Shown: positions 55,719 to 64,000 of the stretch, in pieces
How the letters are laid out: each line of letters starts with the position of its first letter
How positions within the stretch are numbered: position 1 is the stretch's first letter
DNA from: Bacteroidales bacterium
GTDB taxonomy: Bacteria > Bacteroidota > Bacteroidia > Bacteroidales > P3
Direction of reading: 5' to 3'
Assembly (NCBI GenBank): GCA_017429685.1
Contig: JAFROL010000013.1
Span: forward strand, 31,994 to 95,993
DNA length: 64,000 bases
The notes under the pieces: model-generated
Seen by the model: only the letters and a program-made list of their open reading frames with translations
What the model was told of the DNA's origin: nothing
Databases searched by the model: none
Made by a program: the position numbers and the translations under genes

Positions 55719-57731
55719 TTATTTGCGGCGTTGTTGCTGTTTCTGCATCTCCTCGCTCATACGCTGCATCTCTTCCAGACGCTGCTGGAATTTCGATTTC
55801 TTCTGCGGCTTGCCCTTGCCGGCGGCTTCAGCTTTGGCCATACGGGCACGAACCTTGTCTTCGGTCATAACGGCACGGATGATGAACATCGTTGCCATCG
55901 AAAGCAGGAGGTTGAAGAAATAGTAGATGTTGAGTGCTGCCGACTGGCTGTTGAAGATGAACAGCATCATAAAAGGCATAAAGTACATCATAAATTTCAT
56001 TCCGGGCATCGAAGCCTGTCCCTGCTGCTGCTTCATAGTGTAGACGGTATAGAGGAACTGCATAGCGAACATCAGCAGGCAGAAGAGGCTCACGTGGTCG
56101 CCGTAGAGCGGAATATTGAATGGCAGATTCAGAATCGAATCGTAGCTCGACAGGTCGTCGCACCACAGAAACGGCTTCTGGCGCAGCTCGATCGAGGCAG
56201 GATAGAAGCGGAACATAGCGTAGATGATGGGCAGCTGAAGCAACATAGGCAGACAGCCCGCCATCGGATTGATGCCGGCTTTGCGCTGCAACTGGGTCAT
56301 AGCCTGCTGTTTCTGCATAGCCTGCTCCTGCTTGGGGAATTTCTTGTTGATGGCATCCATCTCGGGTTTCAGGTGGCGCATCACGGCACCGGTCTTGTAG
56401 CTGCTCCACGTCAGAGGCATTATGACAATCTTCAGCAAGAGCGTCAAAATGATGATAATGATGCCATAGTTCCAGCCAAAGCCTTCAAGGAAGTTGAAGA
56501 CCGGGATGATGGCGAAGCGGCTGACCCACTGCGTCAGGAAGAAGCCCCAACCCAAAGGCAGGATGCGCTCGAAACCGCGGTCCATATCCTTCAAAAGACG
56601 GTATTTGTTGGGACCGAAGTACATACGCATATCCATCGAGAAATTGTCGGCCATAGCATCATAGTCGACACCCAGCGAACTGCTCATATCGCAGAGGTAA
56701 TTGTCGTCCTCCTTGCTGCGGTCGGTGGTGACCTGCAGCTGCTGTGCATTGCGGAAACCATCCTCCGACATCAGTATGGCACAGAAAAACTGCTGCTTAT
56801 ATGCCACCCAGTCGATAGGCGTGGTAATCTGTTTTTCGTCATCGCGACCGTCTTTAAGGCTGCTGGGATTGTCGCCGCTGTTCTTGTAGAAAAGCGTCGT
56901 GTAGAAGCGTTCACTGTCCTTGTTGCGATTGGCGTTGCGCCCCTTCTGGCTGCGGTCGTACTGCTCCTGGCGGTTCAGCGAATTCTGCCAGTTCAGCGTC
57001 AGGTTGGGCGTCACGCTTACAAAATCCTTGATATTATGGAAATTGACGTCAAAATTGACCTCATAGCTGTCGTCATAGAAGACATAGCGGAATTCCAGAT
57101 AGGCATCCTCATCGGCCGGCAGCGAGTCAGCCTGGCGGACATAGGCTCTGAAACTGACAGTCAGCGAGTCGCCTTCAGGCACCTTGACAAAGCTGTCGCC
57201 CACCAGCTGCCCACCGTCAACGAAGGTGGCAAAAGGAATCATCTTGGTGTTTATCACGTCGTTTCGCGAATCGACAAACATCAGGTCCAGATTGTTGGGA
57301 TTCGGAGTGATGATTTCGAGCGGACCGTCGCCGAAGGTCTTGAAGTCCTCCAGAACAACCTTCTGCACCGAAGCTCCGAGGCTGCGCAAGTCGGTGGTCA
57401 TCACCTTGTTGGCCACAGTCACATTAAGGCGCTGGTTGCCGTTGTTGGGCTCGAACTGGCCCAGGTTGATTTTCATTGCTGCTGCAAGGGCGGCACCCGT
57501 GCTGTCATTCAGCGACGTGTCGGTCATAGCCAACTGGTACAGCGAATCTTGCAGATGCTTCTGCATAGCTTCGGCCTGTGCCAGCGAGTCGGCACGCATA
57601 CGCTCCACATAATTAATCGAATCCTGTCGGCGACGGGCGGCAATTTCCTCGTCGCTGGGCTTAATCCAGAACATATAGCCCAGGAAAATCAGGAAAATCA
57701 GCACCAGCCCAATGATTGATTTTTTATCCAT
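55719..57731 (-). CDS. yidC: membrane protein insertase YidC
   Basis: 670 aa with an N-terminal TM segment, a large periplasmic domain and a C-terminal 60-kDa insertase core (GWNYGIIIIILTLLLK..., AGCLPMLLQLPI). Confidence 0.92.
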   Translation of the reverse strand: MDKKSIIGLVLIFLIFLGYMFWIKPSDEEIAARRRQDSINYVERMRADSLAQAEAMQKHLQDSLYQLAMTDTSLNDSTGAALAAAMKINLGQFEPNNGNQRLNVTVANKVMTTDLRSLGASVQKVVLEDFKTFGDGPLEIITPNPNNLDLMFVDSRNDVINTKMIPFATFVDGGQLVGDSFVKVPEGDSLTVSFRAYVRQADSLPADEDAYLEFRYVFYDDSYEVNFDVNFHNIKDFVSVTPNLTLNWQNSLNRQEQYDRSQKGRNANRNKDSERFYTTLFYKNSGDNPSSLKDGRDDEKQITTPIDWVAYKQQFFCAILMSEDGFRNAQQLQVTTDRSKEDDNYLCDMSSSLGVDYDAMADNFSMDMRMYFGPNKYRLLKDMDRGFERILPLGWGFFLTQWVSRFAIIPVFNFLEGFGWNYGIIIIILTLLLKIVIMPLTWSSYKTGAVMRHLKPEMDAINKKFPKQEQAMQKQQAMTQLQRKAGINPMAGCLPMLLQLPIIYAMFRFYPASIELRQKPFLWCDDLSSYDSILNLPFNIPLYGDHVSLFCLLMFAMQFLYTVYTMKQQQGQASMPGMKFMMYFMPFMMLFIFNSQSAALNIYYFFNLLLSMATMFIIRAVMTEDKVRARMAKAEAAGKGKPQKKSKFQQRLEEMQRMSEEMQKQQQRRK

Positions 57732-57876
57732 ATACAGTTTAAAATATTGGTATACTGTTAATTCTAATATTTATTCTTTTAAGCATTGAAATTGCAAATT
57801 TACATAAAAATATTGAATAATTAATTATAAATATACATTGAAGTAAAAAAACAGAATTATCGAGGAATATTTCCAC

Positions 57877-57919
57877 AACAAAAAAATCTTCCGACGCTGG
57901 TTAAAATGCATCGGAAGAT
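57877..57919 (-). terminator. rho-independent terminator
   Basis: The stem ATCTTCCGA...TCGGAAGAT is followed on the minus strand by a T-run (plus-strand A-run 57877-57885). Confidence 0.7.
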
Positions 57920-57979
57920 TATATGTTTGTCAATGAAATCCTGCGGAAGACAGCAAAGCATCGCCCGCAAGCGTCCGAA

Positions 57980-58393
57980 TCAAAGTCCTGCAGAATAGTA
58001 CTGAATCTGGTCGGCAATTTTATCGAGTGCCGGGCGCAGCTTGGGCTTGAGCATCATCGTCATCATCGGGTTGCCGCCCTCAATCTCGGCACGTACAACC
58101 ACGTGGCATTCATTGTCGTCAACCGCGCTGATAGCCATCACAAAGCGGAACGGCATCGGCGAGTTGCTTCCTGCTGCCGGCGCAATGGCAACCAACGAAT
58201 AAGGGTTGCGCTCGGCATATTGGAGCGTCAGCTGCATAAATCCTGCCACCTTGAACGAGCAGGTGTTGCCGTCGGTTTGGAAATCCTCGACCTGAGGGGG
58301 CAGCATTCTCTGGAAATTGCGGAAATCGCAGGCAAAATTATACAGTTTCTCGGCGCTGCACTGTGCCGTGACTTTTTTTGATTCAGCGGTCAT
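57980..58393 (-). CDS. hypothetical protein (possibly SRPBCC/START-like)
   Basis: 137 aa. The fold guess rests on size and alternating pattern only. Confidence 0.45.
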   Translation of the reverse strand: MTAESKKVTAQCSAEKLYNFACDFRNFQRMLPPQVEDFQTDGNTCSFKVAGFMQLTLQYAERNPYSLVAIAPAAGSNSPMPFRFVMAISAVDDNECHVVVRAEIEGGNPMMTMMLKPKLRPALDKIADQIQYYSAGL

Positions 58394-58420
58394 AGAAAAA
58401 TGATTTTGAATTTATTGGGT

Positions 58421-59065
58421 TTATTCACCGTGATCTATCGACCATTGTTCGGGATTCTCGCGCCAAGTCTTAAGCGAAGCAAGGTCCTTCTCCATAATAT
58501 ACTCCTGATCGCAAGCCACTTTCACAAGGGCGTCGTAGTTGGTCAGCGTGTGCAGTTCCACGTTGGCGTCGGCAAAATTCTTGGCGGCAACAGCCAGACC
58601 GTATGTAAAGATGGCCACCATACCTTTGACGATACAGCCCTTGTCGCGCAGGGCGTGGACAGCGATAAGCGAGCTCTTGCCTGTCGAAACAAGGTCCTCG
58701 ACGACAACGACCGTCTGGCCGCTGTGAATCTCGCCTTCAATCTGGTTGGTGAGACCGTGTTTTTTCTCTTCCGAACGTACATATACGAAAGGTTTGCCAA
58801 GCTCCTGGGCAACCAGAGCACCCTGTGCGATGCCTCCGGTGGCGACACCAGCAATGACATCGACGTCACCGAAGCATTCGTTGATGACATCCACAAACCG
58901 TTGGCGGATGTAGGTCCTGATTTCGGGATAGGAAAGCGTGACACGGTTGTCGCAATATATTGGCGACTTGCGGCCCGAAGCCCAGGTAAATGGGTTGTCA
59001 TTGTTCAATTTCACAGCTTTCACCTGAAGCAGGAAAGCGCTTGTTTGTTCGGCAGTTTCGTTCAT
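58421..59065 (-). CDS. pyrE: orotate phosphoribosyltransferase
   Basis: 214 aa with WASGRKSPIYCDNR and the PRPP motif VVVVEDLVSTGKSS. Confidence 0.92.
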   Translation of the reverse strand: MNETAEQTSAFLLQVKAVKLNNDNPFTWASGRKSPIYCDNRVTLSYPEIRTYIRQRFVDVINECFGDVDVIAGVATGGIAQGALVAQELGKPFVYVRSEEKKHGLTNQIEGEIHSGQTVVVVEDLVSTGKSSLIAVHALRDKGCIVKGMVAIFTYGLAVAAKNFADANVELHTLTNYDALVKVACDQEYIMEKDLASLKTWRENPEQWSIDHGE

Positions 59066-59148
59066 TTTCTCTCTTATTCTTTATGTTGTTTCAAAACGCA
59101 AAATTACAACTTTTTGGCGTTATAGGAATCCTTTTTTTTAACATTTTA

Positions 59149-59763
59149 TCAACCGTCGAGCCTAACAAGCGTCCCGTCAGGAACTTGCGCGTTGATGATT
59201 CGCATCGTGGCATAGCTCGACGCAAGGCCTGCACGCCATTCGTCGACAGAGAGCCAACGCAGGTCGGTGATACCCTCTTCGGTTTGGGGCACCAAACGGC
59301 TCGTTTCCAGTGCTTTCATCGCAAACCAGGAGGTCTGTTTGAAATGCCATCCGCCATAGAGGTCGTAGACGTGATAGGTCTTAAGCAGCAGCGACCCCAA
59401 CGCAAGCGCGGCGAGCCCCGTCTCCTCGGTGGTCTCGCGCAAGGCGGCCTGGGCCAAGGTCTCCCCCGCCTCGACTTTGCCTTTGGGCAGGTCGCAGCGG
59501 TCGTTGCGCACCATCAAGAGGCGGCGTCCGCCACAGTCCTCGACGATGCCGCCGGCGGCCTTGACATTGATGAAGGCAGCGTGCAGATAGTCCATCAACC
59601 TACGCACGTTGCGACAGCGCACAGCGATATCGCCAACACCTTCAGACAATCGCCTGAAACAAAGGTCCCAACCGCCATCTTCAGGCATCTCGGCACAACC
59701 GTCGGGAAGCGCCTCGCCGGGCGCAAGAACATAAAGGCTGTTATATTGAAAATTGATAACCAT
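59149..59763 (-). CDS. NUDIX hydrolase
   Basis: It has the Nudix box GKVEAGETLAQAALRETTEETGL. I set the start at the ATG at 59763. The ORF also allows 59793. Confidence 0.8.
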   Translation of the reverse strand: MVINFQYNSLYVLAPGEALPDGCAEMPEDGGWDLCFRRLSEGVGDIAVRCRNVRRLMDYLHAAFINVKAAGGIVEDCGGRRLLMVRNDRCDLPKGKVEAGETLAQAALRETTEETGLAALALGSLLLKTYHVYDLYGGWHFKQTSWFAMKALETSRLVPQTEEGITDLRWLSVDEWRAGLASSYATMRIINAQVPDGTLVRLDG

Positions 59764-60051
59764 ATTTAAAAGCCAATTGTTTAAATTACGCATAATGTGC
59801 GATGTACAGACATCGCGGAATCAAGAATTGTTTTGCAAAAATAGCACATTTTCCGAAAACGCAGCCATCATTTCCAAAAAACTGCACAAACCGGAACCGC
59901 GAGTATCGGTTCAGACAATTCCAAACCGCATCCTGTCCGCAGTGCAAAAAGCATCAAAACAACCGTTAATTTTCTTAATATTTAAGTTAAAAACAGTTAA
60001 AATCCATAGTATTTTTAACAAATCACAAAACCCTGTTTTCCAGGGACCAAA

Positions 60052-60100
60052 TACCTACCAAAGTTCACTCAAACTCCTACCAAAGTCTTACCAAATTTTA
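60052..60100. repeat. 11-nt-phased TACC array, copy 2
   Basis: TACC occurs at 60052, 60056, 60078 and 60089, with spacings of 22 and 11 nt. The core TCCTACCAAAGTCTTACCAAATTT matches about 21 of 26 nt of 11587-11612. Confidence 0.7.
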
Positions 60101-60271
60101 AGTTAATGGAATTTGACCGGAATTTGTACAAACCGACATCCGTTTTTGTGCCTCAGAGGTGGTGCCGAAACGGGGGTTGTATTCTTTCGGACAACGTGTC
60201 CAAGGGAACGTTTCAGGCCTTCTCTAAACGCTTTCCCAAAAATTTGAAATGACGGTTTTCGAAAAAAAACG

Positions 60272-60279
60272 TAACTTTG
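60272..60279 (+). promoter_or_regulatory. candidate -7 promoter box TAACTTTG for dprA
   Basis: Fits TAnnTTTG and lies about 55 nt upstream of the ATG at 60334. Confidence 0.45.
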
Positions 60280-60333
60280 CATCTCGAATATTATGCTGCA
60301 ACACACAGAAACAACGGAGAAAAACAAGTGGAA

Positions 60334-61437
60334 ATGCACGATAAATACTACGATATCGCACTGACGATGCTGCCCGGCATCGGATGCCGTTCGGCTCGGC
60401 AACTGCTGGAAATTGTGCCGTCGTCCAAGGATTTGTTCGATATGCCGGAGAGCGGGTTGAAAGAAATTTTCGGCCGGCGTGTCGAAATTATCAATGCCAT
60501 CCGCACCCACAGCGTCTTCGCGGCCGTCGACAAGGAACTCGGGTTCATCGAAAAGAACAGAATCCGAGTGCTTTACTACAAGGATGCCGATTTTCCGCAA
60601 CGGCTCAATCTGCCGGGATGCGTCGACGCTCCTGTTGTGGTGTACACCCTCGGCAACGCCGACCTCAACCCACAGCGCGCCGTCAGCGTGGTGGGGACCC
60701 GCAAGGCCACGCCACAGGGCATCGAGCTGACACAGCGCCTGGTGGACGGCTTCCGGGGCGAAGGCATAACGGTGGTCAGCGGCCTGGCCCTTGGCATCGA
60801 CGCCGCCTCGCACGAGGCCGCATTGGCCAACGGGCTGCCCACCGTCGGCGTGCTGGCTCACGGCCTGAACCGCCTCTACCCTCCCCAGAACCGCAATCTG
60901 GCCAAACGTATGATTGCCCAAGGCGGCGCCCTGCTGACCGACATACGCACCGACACGCGCATCACCCCAAGTATGTTCCCAGCCCGCAACCGCATCATAG
61001 CGGGTCTCACCGACGCAACTGTCGTCGTCGAGGCGTCAAAAACGGGCGGAGCGTTAATAACAGCCAACATAGCAAACAGTTACAACCGCGAACTCTTCGC
61101 CTTTCCTGGCCGCGTCGGCGACAAATATTCGGAAGGCTGCAATGCCATCATCGCAGCCTGCAAGGCTATGCTGATACGCGGCGCCGACGATATTTTTGCC
61201 AATATGGGTTGGGAACGGACGGCCCCATCGGCCGGCAAACAAACATCTATGTTTCCGGAACTTAAGAACGACGAGCAGGTGGTCTACAACATCCTCGCCG
61301 ACAAAAAGGAAATCTCGGTCGATGAGATTCATAATTATTGCGACCTCACCTTGCCCAAAATTGCCGCTGCATTGCTCGGCTTGGAACTCAAAAACCTGTG
61401 TCGCTGCCTTCCCGGTAAGATATATAAAATACTATAA
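60334..61437 (+). CDS. dprA: DNA-processing protein DprA
   Basis: Trimmed to MHDKYYDIALTMLPGIG. It has the Rossmann-like core VVGTRKAT...VVSGLALGIDAASHEAAL and a C-terminal winged-helix-like tail. Confidence 0.88.
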   Translation: MHDKYYDIALTMLPGIGCRSARQLLEIVPSSKDLFDMPESGLKEIFGRRVEIINAIRTHSVFAAVDKELGFIEKNRIRVLYYKDADFPQRLNLPGCVDAPVVVYTLGNADLNPQRAVSVVGTRKATPQGIELTQRLVDGFRGEGITVVSGLALGIDAASHEAALANGLPTVGVLAHGLNRLYPPQNRNLAKRMIAQGGALLTDIRTDTRITPSMFPARNRIIAGLTDATVVVEASKTGGALITANIANSYNRELFAFPGRVGDKYSEGCNAIIAACKAMLIRGADDIFANMGWERTAPSAGKQTSMFPELKNDEQVVYNILADKKEISVDEIHNYCDLTLPKIAAALLGLELKNLCRCLPGKIYKIL

Positions 61438-61504
61438 TTCAGATATTGACACTTTTCCGACAAAAAAAATTGAAAAAAGATGTGCGTATTTCTCGGAAAT
61501 GTCG

Positions 61505-61512
61505 TAAATTTG
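61505..61512 (+). promoter_or_regulatory. candidate -7 promoter box TAAATTTG for atpDC
   Basis: Fits TAnnTTTG and lies about 90 nt upstream of the atpD ATG. Confidence 0.45.
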
Positions 61513-61601
61513 CAAACTTATTCACGACCCGACAAAACTATGCCAAACAACAGGTTTTGACCGCGCAACAAACTTATAACGAATAATATACAATAGAATA
61601 A

Positions 61602-63110
<1,509 letters not shown>

Positions 63111-63143
63111 CAACGAATGCAGAATGCGTTAAAGTGAAAACCG

Positions 63144-63380
63144 ATGAACGTAAAAATCATTAAACCCGACGCCACACTCTACGACGGTACTGCCACTCTC
63201 GTCCAGCTGCCCGGAACAGGCGGACTGTTCGAACTGTTGGAGAACCACGCGCCCATCATCTCGAGCCTTACCGAAGGCAAAATCCGACTGCAGGCGGAAG
63301 GCGAAGAAGAGAAAGTGTTCCCTATCAAGGCAGGAGTCGTCAAGGGACAACAGAACGACATTCTCATTCTGGTACAATAA
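63144..63380 (+). CDS. atpC: F0F1 ATP synthase subunit epsilon (short form)
   Basis: 78 aa with the beta-sandwich N-domain pattern (VKIIKPDATLYDG...LPGTGGLFELLENHAPIIS) directly after atpD. Confidence 0.8.
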   Translation: MNVKIIKPDATLYDGTATLVQLPGTGGLFELLENHAPIISSLTEGKIRLQAEGEEEKVFPIKAGVVKGQQNDILILVQ

Positions 63381-63392
63381 AAGTATAAGGCG

Positions 63393-63422
63393 AAGAAGGC
63401 TCCGAAGATTCGGAGCCTTCTT
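63393..63422 (+). terminator. hairpin after atpC
   Basis: AAGAAGGCTCCGAA-ga-TTCGGAGCCTTCTT forms a strong stem, but the U-tract is weak. Confidence 0.5.
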
Positions 63423-63516
63423 GCTACCGACATTGTTTCGACACACCTTTTTTGCGACGTTATTATTTTTTATTAAGGTAAACAACTAAATAATTATAAA
63501 CTTAACAACAACATCT

Positions 63517-64000
63517 ATGAAGAAATTATTCGCAACACTGGCTGCACTCGCCTTGCCGGCATTGAGTTTCGCAAGCGAGGCAGACCTTATGATGCCTGAG
63601 GGCTTCAGTTCGAATCCCGACACCAAGATTCTCTATTGGGGCTTCCTCATCGTGGCTCTGGGACTGCTGTTCGGCTTCTGGCAATTCAGCAAAGTCCGCA
63701 ACCTGAAGGCACACAAGTCAATGCTCGAAATCGGCAACGTGATTTTCAAGACCTGCTCGACCTACCTGAAACAGCAGGGCAAGTTTCTCATCATTCTTTT
63801 CCTCTTCATCGGCGCTGCTATCGCCCTCTATTTCGGCGTTCTCAGCGATATGAAGATTGGCGGCGTCTGCCTCGTGCTGGCGTGGACCATCATCGGCATC
63901 CTGGGCAGCTATGGTGTTGCCTGGTTCGGTGTTCGTATGAACACCCTGGCCAATGCCCGTATGGCATTTGCCTCGCTGCGCCGCCGCCCGCTCGACCTGC
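63517..64000 (+). CDS. hppA: membrane-bound (Na+/H+)-translocating pyrophosphatase, 5' partial
   Basis: My own translation from the ATG at 63517 is open to the window end and is not in the ORF track. It reads MKKLFATLAAL...FKTCSTYLKQQGKFL...ILGSYGVAWFGVRMNTLANARMAFASL, which matches the conserved N-terminal region of HppA proteins. Confidence 0.75.
   Translation, partial: MKKLFATLAALALPALSFASEADLMMPEGFSSNPDTKILYWGFLIVALGLLFGFWQFSKVRNLKAHKSMLEIGNVIFKTCSTYLKQQGKFLIILFLFIGAAIALYFGVLSDMKIGGVCLVLAWTIIGILGSYGVAWFGVRMNTLANARMAFASLRRRPLDL

Overview
This window looks like a chromosomal, probably origin-proximal segment of a Bacteroidota (Bacteroidales-like) genome. The taxon call rests on TAnnTTTG-type promoters, a T9SS C-terminal sorting domain, a DUF4835/PorD-like gene and lipoprotein-rich envelope genes. 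Housekeeping genes recognised from their protein sequences are serA, serC, dnaA, gyrB, pepE, nfo, tsaB, hpt, nrdD, nrdG, yidC, pyrE, dprA, atpD, atpC and a 5' partial membrane pyrophosphatase. A long minus-strand block (about 27.9-48.6 kb) and a second one (49.8-59.8 kb) carry envelope and polysaccharide genes. These include an AsmA-like protein, a GT2, a WbaP-like phosphotransferase, an O-antigen-ligase-like protein, a Wzz-like protein, M13, C10 and NlpC/P60 peptidases, an OmpA-like protein, ClC and NhaD. I saw no rRNA, tRNA, CRISPR array, transposase or integrase, and no convincing novel multi-gene protein system. The most unusual content is non-coding. (1) Many intergenic spacers are built from degenerate 7-nt or 8-nt tandem repeats that start at or over stop codons, usually in sense orientation to the upstream gene, and often form long hairpins. 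(2) Two copies of a roughly 100-nt palindrome have arms made of 11-nt GTAC-containing repeats, and a third palindrome has the same architecture. (3) A clear cobalamin riboswitch sits upstream of nrdDG. (4) A mirror-symmetric divergent promoter is centred on a perfect 28-bp palindrome and feeds a roughly 290-nt structured leader of a small secreted protein. (5) Two 11-nt-phased TACC arrays lie in unusually long non-coding regions. All functional interpretations of these elements are hypotheses. Nothing here was computed beyond reading the sequence.
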